64,000 nt of DNA from Candidatus Woesearchaeota archaeon (GCA_038874655.1 JAVZBY010000002.1:201711-265710), one strand, 5' to 3'; positions 17,495 to 27,942 are shown, numbered from the stretch's first letter. The notes: generated from the sequence alone by a model not told the origin. Translations and numbers: made by a program.

Positions 17495-19075
17495 CTAATT
17501 AAAAGTATATTCGTAAATTTCAATATCCTCTATCTCTTTCAATAACTTAAACTTAGTATTAGATTTTAACCAATTTTTATCAATAGATTTTAAAGAATCT
17601 TTATAATTAATAAAAAACCCGTTCTTATTCATATACCTTATATAATATTTATAAAAATAATCATTGTCATGAACAATAATTGGCATCACTGTAAAATTTG
17701 TGTAATAACCATATACAGGAAAATACTCTCTCACATAAACTTTATAATCTTTTTTTTCAGGATATTCTTTCACATGATCCATTAAAAATTCAGAAACTTT
17801 TACTTCTTTACTTTTAAAAGAGTCAATAAAATTATTAGATTTATCGAAACTTTCTTTTGAAAAAAACATAAAAAGAACAATCAAACCTATTATAAACAAA
17901 TCTGAAGCTATTTTAATTTTCATTATGTTAATCTTCTTTTCTAGGAACTTATTTAAAATATAAAAACCTTTACTAGAAAGAAAGAAAAATGGTAAAAAAA
18001 TAGGCAACAAATATCTTAATTCTTTATGGGGGATAATTGAAATATAAAAGATATATGAAATAATCCAAAAGAGAAAAACAAAATCTTCATTTAACCCTTT
18101 TGAAAACTCTAAATTATTCAAATTAAATGCTATTTCTCTTTTAAATCTTTTTTTTAATAAAAAAATATCTAAATAGTAATAAACTAAAATTGAAATATAT
18201 ATCAAAAAACCTATATTAATTATTACATTATAAATATTAAAAAAATTAATAACATAGAATAAATTATTCTCATTAAAATCAGAAACATAATTATATGCAT
18301 TAAAAAAGGGATAAAGAAAAAAACCAAACCTTACTTGAATCCAAACAAAATAAGGTATTAAAATTAAAAAAAATCCTACAAAAAAGTAAAAAAATTTCTT
18401 TAGAAAATCAATAAAAAAACCTAAAATATAACTTAAAAATTTTAAATTTACTTCAAATTTAATCTTTCTAAATTTTTTCTCATAAAAACCAATAAGAAAA
18501 TATAAAATCAAAATAAAAAATAAAAATAAACTAGTGAATCTTGTCAATAGACTAATCCCATAAAATAAACCTGATAAAAACAAATATTTGTTTAATTTTT
18601 CTTTTCTTTTAACTCCAATGACAAGTAAATAAAAAGATATCATAAAAAAAGTCATACTTGGAATTTCTGTTAAAATTAATTTTGATATACTTACTATAAA
18701 AGTTGAAAAACCATAAAATATGGAACTTAAAAAACCAATCTCTTCATTATACAATTCTTTTCCTATTAAAAAAACCATTAAAAAACCAATGCTTCCTAAT
18801 AAAGCAACTATAAACCTTGCAGTTAAGACATTATGATAGATGAAATAACCAAAATAAAAAATTAAAGATAGAAAAATTGGTCTATAATTAAACTCATTAT
18901 AATTATTTTTTCCAGAAAAGAAAAATTCAGAATGCTGCAAATAAACAGATTCATCCCAACCATAAGAAACTCTTATAGGAAAAAATCTCAAAACAAAAAC
19001 AATAATAAATAACAAAAAAAACAATAAATAAAAAAAAATTTTTTTATTTTTAACTAAATTTTTAATTAATTTCAT
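17495..19075 (-). CDS. GT-C fold membrane glycosyltransferase (ArnT/PMT-like)
   Basis: WDESVY acidic motif after the first TM helix, YRPIF, LTEIPS, many TM helices, KELRYLLPIF. Confidence 0.82.
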   Translation of the reverse strand: MKLIKNLVKNKKIFFYLLFFLLFIIVFVLRFFPIRVSYGWDESVYLQHSEFFFSGKNNYNEFNYRPIFLSLIFYFGYFIYHNVLTARFIVALLGSIGFLMVFLIGKELYNEEIGFLSSIFYGFSTFIVSISKLILTEIPSMTFFMISFYLLVIGVKRKEKLNKYLFLSGLFYGISLLTRFTSLFLFFILILYFLIGFYEKKFRKIKFEVNLKFLSYILGFFIDFLKKFFYFFVGFFLILIPYFVWIQVRFGFFLYPFFNAYNYVSDFNENNLFYVINFFNIYNVIINIGFLIYISILVYYYLDIFLLKKRFKREIAFNLNNLEFSKGLNEDFVFLFWIISYIFYISIIPHKELRYLLPIFLPFFFLSSKGFYILNKFLEKKINIMKIKIASDLFIIGLIVLFMFFSKESFDKSNNFIDSFKSKEVKVSEFLMDHVKEYPEKKDYKVYVREYFPVYGYYTNFTVMPIIVHDNDYFYKYYIRYMNKNGFFINYKDSLKSIDKNWLKSNTKFKLLKEIEDIEIYEYTFN

Positions 19076-19109
19076 TCTTTAATAATTAAATCTAATTCAT
19101 TTTATAATA

Positions 19110-20165
19110 TTATTTTTTTAATATTATTGTGTTTGTTGGGTATGCAAAATTTATTTTTTCCTTTTTGAATGCTTCTTTTAACATTAAATTAATTCTTTCT
19201 TGTGTATCCATATAAACTTTATAATCCCTAGAATTAATAAAATAAACTATTTCAAAAATCAATGAAAAATCACCAAAAGTTTTAAAATGTGCTCTATCTA
19301 ATTCAGCATTATCTATTTTTTTAAATATATCATTTATGATCTTTTTTATTTTTTTAATTTTCTCAACACTTGTATCATATTCAACACCAAAAGTAAAAAC
19401 AATTCTTCTTTTCTGCATTTTTTTATAATTATGGATTCTTGCTGTAGTCATTTCTTTATTAGATATGACTAACTCTTCACCTTGTAATGTTCTTATTCTT
19501 GTGCTTTTTATTCCAATGTGTTCAACAGTTCCAGCTTCATTATCAATAGTAATAAAATCTCCTTCTTCAAAGGGTTTATCAAAATAAATACTGAATGAAC
19601 TAAAAATGTCTTCTAAAATTCTTTGTAAAGCAAAAGCAACAGCAATACCACCAACACCTAAACCAGCAATAAGAGAAGTAATATTAATACCTAAATTTGC
19701 TAATGCTGTTAATATGGCAATAACCCATATAAAAATTTGCAATATTTTGCACATTACTTTTAATAAAGAGCTATCTTTATTATCTTTCTCTTTTCTTTTT
19801 TTTATCTCTAAATCAAAAAAATGTCCTATTGTTTTATTAACAGCTAAGGTTATAAAAAACACAAACATAATAAACATCATTTTATGTAAAACTAAATCTA
19901 CATCACCTGGCAGAATTAAATACATAGCAGCAGCATAAAAAGAAATAAATGCATAAAAAAACCAAGGAATATCTTCAATAAACTCAAGTATCATATCATC
20001 AAAAGTAAATGTTGTTTTCTTTGCTATTTTTTTTAATGAATTAATAAAAATATTTTTAAATAGATACAATAAACCAAAACAAAGCATAAAAATTGAAGCA
20101 GCAATAATATAACTTTGTCCAGTATTGTTGAAATAAACACCTTTTAAAAATTCATCTGTAATCAT
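19110..20165 (-). CDS. mscS: Small-conductance mechanosensitive channel
   Basis: LIAGLGVGGIAVAFALQ, DKPFEEGDFI, GTVEHIGIKSTRIRT, INFAYPT. Start at ATG after SD AGGTG. Confidence 0.92.
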   Translation of the reverse strand: MITDEFLKGVYFNNTGQSYIIAASIFMLCFGLLYLFKNIFINSLKKIAKKTTFTFDDMILEFIEDIPWFFYAFISFYAAAMYLILPGDVDLVLHKMMFIMFVFFITLAVNKTIGHFFDLEIKKRKEKDNKDSSLLKVMCKILQIFIWVIAILTALANLGINITSLIAGLGVGGIAVAFALQRILEDIFSSFSIYFDKPFEEGDFITIDNEAGTVEHIGIKSTRIRTLQGEELVISNKEMTTARIHNYKKMQKRRIVFTFGVEYDTSVEKIKKIKKIINDIFKKIDNAELDRAHFKTFGDFSLIFEIVYFINSRDYKVYMDTQERINLMLKEAFKKEKINFAYPTNTIILKK

Positions 20166-20277
20166 TTTAAACACCTTTTTTTATTTATTATTTCTATAAC
20201 TTTTTGATTTTTTTATTTGTAAATAATGCTAATTACAAATAATTACCTTTAAATAAATTTCTATTATTTATAACAAT

Positions 20278-20517
20278 ATGCATGGTAGTGATAGAATAAT
20301 AAAAGAGAAAAAAGCAGATAGTATTCTAAGAACAAAAAAAGCTCAAACTAAAAAAAATTCAAAAAAATCTTTTTTTATTAGGTTAATTTACATCGTATTA
20401 GTAATTTTATTAATTTTAAATATGATTCTATTTGCATTAAGAAAAACAAATGATCTAATATTTTGGTTTGTTATACTATTCTCATTTATTTTAATGCAGA
20501 TTCTTAAAAAACACTAA
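20278..20517 (+). CDS. Small two-TM hypothetical protein
   Basis: Basic N-terminus and two hydrophobic helices; TATA-like TTTAAATA upstream. Confidence 0.6.
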   Translation: MHGSDRIIKEKKADSILRTKKAQTKKNSKKSFFIRLIYIVLVILLILNMILFALRKTNDLIFWFVILFSFILMQILKKH

Positions 20518-20593
20518 ACAAATAATCAAAAGAATAAAGAATTAAAATTATTATTAGATAAAATTTATATATACACATTATTTTAGATTAGTC

Positions 20594-20968
20594 ATGGGTG
20601 GCGGCGGTTTTTATCCAGGAGCACAACAAGGTCATCAAGGTTTAAAACATGCTGACGATCATGGTCATGTGCCAGAGGAAGAATTATTAAAAGATGTACC
20701 TCCAAGAGCATATAAACTAAAACCACATGAAAAAAAAAATTTAGAGTACATTGAAAAAAAATTAAAAAGTGGTGAAATTACAAAAAAGGAATTGCATGAT
20801 ATATTACACTTCTTAGAACATTTCTCACATGAACTAAAAGAAATTTTGGAAGTAGAGAGAGAAGAACACATTGTTAATATGGAACTGGAAAAAGAATTAA
20901 GAAAAGTTGCCCAACTAATGGGTGAAGTTTCTTTTATGTTAGAGGGATCTTCTTCAACACAACATTAA
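20594..20968 (+). CDS. Histidine-rich small helical protein
   Basis: 11 His in 124 aa; MGGGGFYPG start; TATA-like box just upstream. Confidence 0.75.
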   Translation: MGGGGFYPGAQQGHQGLKHADDHGHVPEEELLKDVPPRAYKLKPHEKKNLEYIEKKLKSGEITKKELHDILHFLEHFSHELKEILEVEREEHIVNMELEKELRKVAQLMGEVSFMLEGSSSTQH

Positions 20969-21092
20969 TTAAACTAATGTTAAACTAATTAAAAATCTCT
21001 CATTTAAAAAACCTGAAAAAAATAATCAATATACTAAAAAATTTATAAATAATAATATAAAATATTGCAAAAAAATAATTCTTATTAAATAA

Positions 21093-22211
21093 TCAAGATA
21101 ACTGATCAAATATTTTTTTTAACTCATTTGCTGTTTTCTCCCATGTATAATTTTCTATAATAGTTTTTCTTGCATTTCTTCCTATTTCAATTATTTTATC
21201 TGGGTTTTCTCTTAAATAACATAGCTTTTCAAATAATGCAATAGAATTCTTTTTTGGAAATAAAAATCCATTAACACCTTCGTCTATATACTCTTTTATA
21301 AAACCAACTGGTGTTGCAATAACAGCTAAGCCAGTTGCCATTGCTTCCATAGTTGTTAAAGAAGTTGTTTCAACTAAGCTAGGATGCACATAAATATCCA
21401 TAGCCTGAAAATAAGGAGCTAAATTATTTTTTAATCCTGTTAAAACAACATCTTTTTTACTTAAAAATAAATTTTCTAATTCTGGTCTTCCACCGCCAGC
21501 TATTAATAACAAAGAGTCTCCATATTTTTTATTAAATCTAACAAAAGCTCTATATAATGTTTTTATATCCTTTTCTAAACTTACCCTACCAGCATATCCT
21601 ATAACAAATTTATTTGTATCAATACCTATTTCTTGTTTAGCTATAGTTTTAGCAACAGGTGGCTTAAATTTTTTCACATCAACACCTAAATGAACAACTC
21701 TTTTTTCAGATTTTACTCCTAAAATATTTAATAATTCAGCCTGTTCTAATGATGGCACAATAATAACATCACATTTTTTATATAACTTTAAAGAAAAGAA
21801 TTTCGTTATAATATTGATAGGCACTTTAAGAAAATTTATTCCTTGGCTCTGTGGAAAAACCTCCCACTCAATCATATGATTATACATAACGACCTTTTTT
21901 TTAAAATGTTTGCCTAAAATTATACCCCAAATTCCTATAGGACCTAAACATTGCACAAAAACAATATCATTTTTTTTTATTTCATTAGCCATTATTTTTA
22001 AATTAACCTTACTAGCAAAATAATTATCACCTAATCTAATTTTAATAGTATTAAATTTTATAATCTTTGCTTTATAACTATAATTGTAATCTCCTAAATT
22101 TGGAGCAATTATAGTCAATTCATAATCATCTTGTATTATAACATTAAGAAAACTAGCAATACCATCCCATCTTGGTAAAAAACCATCAGTAGCAATTAAA
22201 ATTTTTTTCAT
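21093..22211 (-). CDS. Glycosyltransferase family 4 (GT-B)
   Basis: ILIATDGFLPRWDG, YAGRVSLEKD, PSLVETTSLTTMEAMATG. Confidence 0.92.
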   Translation of the reverse strand: MKKILIATDGFLPRWDGIASFLNVIIQDDYELTIIAPNLGDYNYSYKAKIIKFNTIKIRLGDNYFASKVNLKIMANEIKKNDIVFVQCLGPIGIWGIILGKHFKKKVVMYNHMIEWEVFPQSQGINFLKVPINIITKFFSLKLYKKCDVIIVPSLEQAELLNILGVKSEKRVVHLGVDVKKFKPPVAKTIAKQEIGIDTNKFVIGYAGRVSLEKDIKTLYRAFVRFNKKYGDSLLLIAGGGRPELENLFLSKKDVVLTGLKNNLAPYFQAMDIYVHPSLVETTSLTTMEAMATGLAVIATPVGFIKEYIDEGVNGFLFPKKNSIALFEKLCYLRENPDKIIEIGRNARKTIIENYTWEKTANELKKIFDQLS

Positions 22212-22262
22212 CTTATTAAAAACTTTATTTTTTCATGTTATTTTTCAATTTTTTAAATTTAT

Positions 22263-22973
22263 TCATCTAACTTTATAAAAAACTTCTGCATACTTCATAC
22301 CATTATTTATACCATTTAAAATAGCTTGTAAATAAATATTCCACATTAAGGATAAAATAGCAGCTTTCTGACTTTTATGTTCATTAAATGCCTTTATCTT
22401 TATATCAAAAGTATCACTAATATCAACAACTAACTTTGGTTTATCTCTATTTCTAAAGTTAATAAATAGATTCCATACATTGAAAGAATAAACATCACAC
22501 TTATATTTCATTATATCTAATAAATTTATTATAAACTCATAAGTTGCTCTATGATCTGGATGAGGATCATCAATAGAATGTGTAAATATTTTACTAGGTT
22601 TTACTTTTTTAATAATCTTTTTAATTTTTTCATAAATTTTTTTTTCTTGAAATTCTTTTTTAAAATTGCCTTCTTTTAATCCTAGATAATATATTTCACT
22701 TTCACCTAAAATTTTTGCAGCTTTTTTTGATTCTAAAACCCTGGTTTTTTTACTTATTTTTTCTTGTAAATGAGGTAATGATGTTTCTCCAAAAGAAAAT
22801 ATAATTGTAATAACTTTCTTTCCCTCTTTAGCATATTTTGCTAAAGTGCCTCCAGCACCTACAATTTGATCATCATTATGAGCACACAAAAATAAAATAG
22901 ATTCTTTCCTATTATCGGTTTTTAGATCTTCTACAGAAGTATTATCTCTTTCTCCTTTTTTAATTAACCCCAT
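22263..22973 (-). CDS. PIG-L/LmbE-family N-acetylhexosamine deacetylase
   Basis: CAHNDDQIVGAGGTL, DPHPDH, VDISDTFDIKIKAFNEHKSQ, YAEVF. Confidence 0.88.
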   Translation of the reverse strand: MGLIKKGERDNTSVEDLKTDNRKESILFLCAHNDDQIVGAGGTLAKYAKEGKKVITIIFSFGETSLPHLQEKISKKTRVLESKKAAKILGESEIYYLGLKEGNFKKEFQEKKIYEKIKKIIKKVKPSKIFTHSIDDPHPDHRATYEFIINLLDIMKYKCDVYSFNVWNLFINFRNRDKPKLVVDISDTFDIKIKAFNEHKSQKAAILSLMWNIYLQAILNGINNGMKYAEVFYKVR

Positions 22974-23136
22974 AATAAATCAAATATCTTTTTTATTATA
23001 TAAATCTTGTTTTTATAAGGTTTTGTTATACAAAAATTAGGAAAAAATACATAGGAAAAAATATATAAAAAAGTCCTAGTTCTTTAATAAATAACTTAAA
23101 AATTATAATTAAATTGTGTAAAACAACTATCTATTT

Positions 23137-23278
23137 GCGGATGTGCCGGAGTGGTCAAACGGGATAGGCTTAGGTGTGATGAGCCATATACTAAATTTTT
23201 AAATCAAAAAATAAGGGCAATGACATTAAGACACCTATTGGCTTAGTGCCTGCGCAGGTTCGAACCCTGCCGTCCGCA
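23137..23278 (+). tRNA. tRNA-Leu(UAG) with 58-nt intron at 37/38 (intron 23175-23232)
   Basis: Acceptor GCGGATG/CGTCCGC plus A; anticodon arm ATAGG-CTTAGG[intron]A-CCTAT; CTTA/TAAG central helix of a canonical bulge-helix-bulge; long variable arm; GCAGG-TTCGAAC-CCTGC. Confidence 0.94.
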
Positions 23279-23386
23279 TATTTTTTATCTATTTAGTAAT
23301 CATTTAGCAATCTTTATAAAGAACCATCATTTCTTTAATTTTACGAGAGAAAGAGAATAGATTTTTCTCTAGTGGCGGACAAATCC

Positions 23387-23788
23387 ATGAAAGGAAAACC
23401 ACTATTACCAACATTAAGGCAAAAAAAAAGATATGTTGTTTATGATTACATATCTGAAAAAGAATTAGATGATAATAAAGTTTTTTATGCTATATTATCC
23501 TCTTTCAAAGAATTGTTTGGTAAGCTTGAGCTTGTAAAAGCTAACATAAAAAAAATTCAATTATTAGAAAAATCACAAAAAAAAAAGAAAAATAATATAA
23601 CTAATGAAACAAAAATAATAAACCTTAAAATATTAAGAATCAACAATAAATATCTGAATCATTTAAGATTAGCAATGGCAAATGTTTATGAAATAGATGG
23701 TATAAAAATTATAATATATACTACAAAAACATCAGGGTTAATTAATAAAATTAGAAAATTTTTAAAAAATAAAAAAAAGGAAGATTAA
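23387..23788 (+). CDS. rnp2: Ribonuclease P protein component Pop5/Rpp14
   Basis: PLLPTLRQKKRYVVY start and TSGLINKIR end; canonical position before psmA. Confidence 0.85.
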   Translation: MKGKPLLPTLRQKKRYVVYDYISEKELDDNKVFYAILSSFKELFGKLELVKANIKKIQLLEKSQKKKKNNITNETKIINLKILRINNKYLNHLRLAMANVYEIDGIKIIIYTTKTSGLINKIRKFLKNKKKED

Positions 23789-23889
23789 AAATAAAAAGAT
23801 TGGGTTAAATAAATATTTTATAAAAATTGTAATCTTAAAAGAAAGTGAAATTAAAAAACCTATAAAATAAAAAAACGGAGGAAGAAAAA

Positions 23890-24615
23890 ATGCAACCATT
23901 ACAGCATCAAATGATGGGTTATGATAGAGCCATTACAATGTTTTCACCTGATGGAAGATTACTTCAGGTAGAATATGCTAAAAAAACAGTTAGACAAGGT
24001 AGTACAGCAATTGGAATTTCATGTAAAGATGGTGTTGTTTTAGTAACAGATAAAAGATTAGTAGATAAATTAGTAGTTTCAGAATCTGTTGAAAAAATCT
24101 GGCAAATTGACGAACATGTTGCTGCAACAGCATCTGGCATAATAAGCGATGCTCGTGTTTTAATAGAAAGAGCACAAATTTTAGCACAACAACACAGGGT
24201 TACTTATGACACACCAATTGATTTATTATCAATTGTTAAAGACATTTGTAATTTAAAACAAATTACCACACAATCAGGCGGCTATAGACCTTTTGGTGTT
24301 TCAATTTTAGTTGCAGGAGTTGATAATGGTATTCCAAAATTATTTGAGACAGATCCTACAGGAATTTATTTTCAATATAAAGCAACAGTAATAGGAGAAG
24401 CAGAACCAGAGATAGAAGAAATATTATACAAAGAATACAATGATAATATAACTATAGAAGAGGGTTTAAAATTAGCAATTAATGCTTTGAAAAAAACATT
24501 AGACAAAAATTTTGATCCTGAAAGAATAGATGCAGCAATTGTTAGTATCAAAGATTCAAAATTTAAAAAATTATCAAAAGAAGAAATTTTAGCTTACTCA
24601 AAAGGTAAAAAATAA
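23890..24615 (+). CDS. psmA: Proteasome subunit alpha
   Basis: YDRAITMFSPDGRLLQVEYA, RPFGVSILVAG, ETDPTG. Confidence 0.97.
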   Translation: MQPLQHQMMGYDRAITMFSPDGRLLQVEYAKKTVRQGSTAIGISCKDGVVLVTDKRLVDKLVVSESVEKIWQIDEHVAATASGIISDARVLIERAQILAQQHRVTYDTPIDLLSIVKDICNLKQITTQSGGYRPFGVSILVAGVDNGIPKLFETDPTGIYFQYKATVIGEAEPEIEEILYKEYNDNITIEEGLKLAINALKKTLDKNFDPERIDAAIVSIKDSKFKKLSKEEILAYSKGKK

Positions 24616-24640
24616 TTAAAAATAAAAAAAGGTAGTAAAA

Positions 24641-25363
24641 ATGAAAAACCCAAAAACATTTGACCAAGAAAAGATTTCTCTAAACTTGGCAAAATTAAAA
24701 AAGGGTTCTGAGCATTTTGAGGTTATAATAAACCCTGACAAAATAATAGAATACAAAAAAAATCCAAATATGGATGTTAGAGAAGTTATTTTATTTGAAA
24801 AAATTTTTAGTGATGCTAAAAAAGCATTAGAGGCTTCTCATGAAAAAATGAAGTCTATTTTTGGAACAGATGATGCATTGAAAGTAGCAAAGATAATATT
24901 AAATGAAGGAGAAATACAATTTACACAAGAATATAGAGATCAAAAAAGAAAAGAAAAAAGAAATAGAATAATTGATATCATTGTTAGAAATGCAATTGAT
25001 CCAAGAACAGGATTACCTCATCCAAGAATTAGAATAGAAAGTGCAATGGAAGAAGCAAAAGTTAGAATTGATGATTTAAAAGAAGCAGAAGATCAAGTAA
25101 ATGCTATTGTTTCTGCATTAAAGCCAATTCTTCCAATAAAATTATCAACAAAAGAAATTGAATTAAAAATTCCTTCGCAATTTGGAGCAAAAGCATATCC
25201 TGTTGTAGAAAGATTTGGAAAAATAGTATCAGATAATTGGCTTAACGATGGTTCCTGGTTATGTGTTGTAGAAATTCCTGCTGGTTTGCAAACAGAATTA
25301 TTTGATGCTTTAAACAAATTAACTAAAGGAGATTTTGATTCAAGAGTAGTTAGGGAAAAATAG
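24641..25363 (+). CDS. Ribosome maturation protein SBDS/SDO1
   Basis: IFSDAKK, GEIQFT, DPRTGLPHPRIRIESAMEEA; superoperon position. Confidence 0.95.
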   Translation: MKNPKTFDQEKISLNLAKLKKGSEHFEVIINPDKIIEYKKNPNMDVREVILFEKIFSDAKKALEASHEKMKSIFGTDDALKVAKIILNEGEIQFTQEYRDQKRKEKRNRIIDIIVRNAIDPRTGLPHPRIRIESAMEEAKVRIDDLKEAEDQVNAIVSALKPILPIKLSTKEIELKIPSQFGAKAYPVVERFGKIVSDNWLNDGSWLCVVEIPAGLQTELFDALNKLTKGDFDSRVVREK

Positions 25364-25421
25364 GATTTTAAGAAAAAATAACAAAAAAAATTAAAAAAAT
25401 AATCAAAGATAGGTGAAATTT

Positions 25422-26165
25422 ATGGAAAGTGAGTTAAAAGTTAAAGAAAAGGATATTGTATGTCCTGGCGAGATTTTAGCAGAAGGTATGTCCTATTTAC
25501 CAGGACAAGGTATGTATAGACAAGGAAATTATATAATTGCTTCAAGATTAGGGTTAATAAAAATAGAAGGTAAAGTTATAAAAATAATACCTTTATCAGG
25601 AAAATATTTGCCTAAAACAGGCGATGTGATTATAGGTAGAATTAAGGATGTAAATATTAATGGTTGGGTTGTTGATACAAATTCAGCATATCCAGCAATG
25701 CTATCAATGAAAGATGGGACATCTGATTTTATAAGAAGAGGTTCTGATTTAACAAGATATTTTGATATCGGTGATTACATATTAACAAAAATAATCAATG
25801 TAACAAGTCAAAACTTAATAGATTTAACAATGAAAGGCCCTGGATTAAGAAAATTAGAAGATGGTAGAATTCTAAAAGTTGCTGCATCAAAAGTTCCAAG
25901 AATTATAGGTAAGCAAGGTTCAATGGTTAGTATGTTAAAAAAAGCAACTAATTGTAATATTATTGTAGGCCAAAATGGGATAGTTTGGATAAAAGGAATA
26001 AATCCTAAAGACGAAATATTAACTGTTGAAACAATACAAAAAATAGAAAGAGAAAGTCATTTATCAGGTTTAACTGATAGAATAAAAGAATTCTTAGAAA
26101 AAAATGGTAAAAAAGTAGATTTATCAGAACTAAAAGAAAATAATGGTGATAATGATGAGTTATAA
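25422..26165 (+). CDS. rrp4: Exosome RNA-binding protein Rrp4
   Basis: VCPGEIL, YLPKTGDVIIG (S1), KVPRIIGKQGSM (KH), VGQNGIVW. Confidence 0.95.
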   Translation: MESELKVKEKDIVCPGEILAEGMSYLPGQGMYRQGNYIIASRLGLIKIEGKVIKIIPLSGKYLPKTGDVIIGRIKDVNINGWVVDTNSAYPAMLSMKDGTSDFIRRGSDLTRYFDIGDYILTKIINVTSQNLIDLTMKGPGLRKLEDGRILKVAASKVPRIIGKQGSMVSMLKKATNCNIIVGQNGIVWIKGINPKDEILTVETIQKIERESHLSGLTDRIKEFLEKNGKKVDLSELKENNGDNDEL

Positions 26166-26874
26166 AAAAAGATTAGATGGAAGAAAATTTGATGAATTAA
26201 GACCAATTGAAGCAAAAGTAGGAATAATAAAAAATGCAGATGGATCAGCATATTTTAAAATTGGAAAAACAATTGCTTATGCAGCTGTTTATGGACCAAG
26301 AGATTTATTTCCAAAATTTTTACAAAATCCTGAAAAGGGATTATTAAGATGTAATTATAATATGATGCCTTTTTCTGGCTCTGGTGAAAGAGTAAAACCA
26401 GGCCCAAGTAGAAGAAGCAGAGAAATTTCTTATGTTACAGAAAATGCATTACTTCCTGTTTTAAATTTAGAAGACTTTCCAAATGCAGTAGTTGATGTTT
26501 TTATTGAATTAAGTCAAACAGATGCAGGTTCAAGATGTGCTGGAATCTGTGCAGCATCAATGGCATTAGCAGATGCGGGTTTAATAATGAAAGATTTAGT
26601 AGCAGCAGTTTCAGTTGGAATTGTAGATGGTCAAGTTTTACTAGACTTAGATTATAATGAGGAATCTTATCCTGAGGGTGATGTGGCAGACATTCCAATT
26701 GCTATAATCCCAAGTACGGGACAATTTAGTTTATTACAAATGGATGGAAAGATTTCTAAAGAAAACCTAATGAAAGCATTAGAATTAGGAAAAAAAGCAA
26801 TTCCAAAAATAATAGAAATTCAAAGAATAGCTCTTAAAAAGAAATTTGAGTTAGTAGAATTAAATAAACTATAG
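26155..26874 (+). CDS. rrp41: Exosome subunit Rrp41
   Basis: RLDGRKFDELRP, ADGSAY, VYGPR, DAGSRCAGI, ALADAG, LLQMDG; start after SD GGTGAT. Confidence 0.95.
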   Translation: MSYKKRLDGRKFDELRPIEAKVGIIKNADGSAYFKIGKTIAYAAVYGPRDLFPKFLQNPEKGLLRCNYNMMPFSGSGERVKPGPSRRSREISYVTENALLPVLNLEDFPNAVVDVFIELSQTDAGSRCAGICAASMALADAGLIMKDLVAAVSVGIVDGQVLLDLDYNEESYPEGDVADIPIAIIPSTGQFSLLQMDGKISKENLMKALELGKKAIPKIIEIQRIALKKKFELVELNKL

Positions 26875-26888
26875 AAGTAGGTGAAAAA

Positions 26889-27653
26889 ATGGCTAATGAT
26901 CACATATTAAATTACCTTAAAAATAATATAAGATTTGATGGTAGAAAAAATTTAGAATATAGAAAAATTGAAGTAGAAACAGGATTAATTGAAACAGCAG
27001 AAGGCTCTGCAAAAGTAAAAATTGGTGATACAGAAGTTATAGCAGGTGTCAAATTTGAAGTTGGTAAACCCTATCCAGATCTACCAGATGAAGGTACAAT
27101 AATGGTAAATGCAGAATTGTTGCCAATGAGCAATCCTGAATTTGAATCTGGGCCGCCAGGAATTCAAGCAATTGAATTAGCCAGAGTTGTAGATAGAGGA
27201 ATTAGAGAAGCAAAAGCAATTGATACAAAAAAACTATGTATCACACCAGGTGAATTAGTTTGGACAGTAGTTATAGACTTGATCCCTATAAATGACAATG
27301 GAAATTTATTTGATGCATCAGCATTAGCAGCAATGTTAGCATTAAAAAATGCACGATTTCCAGAAATAGAAGGAGAAAAAATTGACTATAAAAAACATAC
27401 AAATAAAAAATTGCCTATCTTAACAGAACCAGTTTCAATAACAGTTTTAAAAATAGGTGATTTTTTTATAGTTGACCCACTTCCACAAGAAGAAGCTGTT
27501 TTAGATGCAAGATTAACAGTAGCAACATTAGAAGATGGTACAATTTGTGCTTTACAAAAAGGAGGTAGCACACCATTAAGCCAAAATGATATTAGTAAAA
27601 TGATTGATTTAGCATTTGAAAAATCAAAAGAATTAAGAAAGTTTTTAAAATAA
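26889..27653 (+). CDS. rrp42: Exosome subunit Rrp42
   Basis: RFDGRK, AEGSAKVKIGDTEVIAGVK, FESGPP, ELARVVDRGIRE, GNLFDA, ICALQKGG. Confidence 0.95.
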   Translation: MANDHILNYLKNNIRFDGRKNLEYRKIEVETGLIETAEGSAKVKIGDTEVIAGVKFEVGKPYPDLPDEGTIMVNAELLPMSNPEFESGPPGIQAIELARVVDRGIREAKAIDTKKLCITPGELVWTVVIDLIPINDNGNLFDASALAAMLALKNARFPEIEGEKIDYKKHTNKKLPILTEPVSITVLKIGDFFIVDPLPQEEAVLDARLTVATLEDGTICALQKGGSTPLSQNDISKMIDLAFEKSKELRKFLK

Positions 27654-27702
27654 AAATTTTTTCATAACTTTTATAAATTTTTATAAAAATCATGGTGAAA
27701 AA

Positions 27703-27942
27703 ATGGAATATACAAAATATGAAAAAGCAAGATTAATAGGTGCTAGAGCATTGCAGATCTCAATGGGAGCTCCTTTTGTTATAAAATTATCAAAAGAGCA
27801 ATTAGAAGAATTAAGATATGATCCTGTAAAAATAGCAATGAAAGAATTTGAAAATGGTGTTTTACCTATAGAAATAAAAAGAGTTTATCCAGATACTAGA
27901 AAAAAATTAGAGAAGGATTTAAATAAAGATGATAAAGAGTAA
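27703..27942 (+). CDS. rpoK: DNA-directed RNA polymerase subunit K (Rpo6)
   Basis: YTKYEKARLIGARALQISMGAP...DPVKIAMKE...LPIEIKR. Confidence 0.96.
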   Translation: MEYTKYEKARLIGARALQISMGAPFVIKLSKEQLEELRYDPVKIAMKEFENGVLPIEIKRVYPDTRKKLEKDLNKDDKE

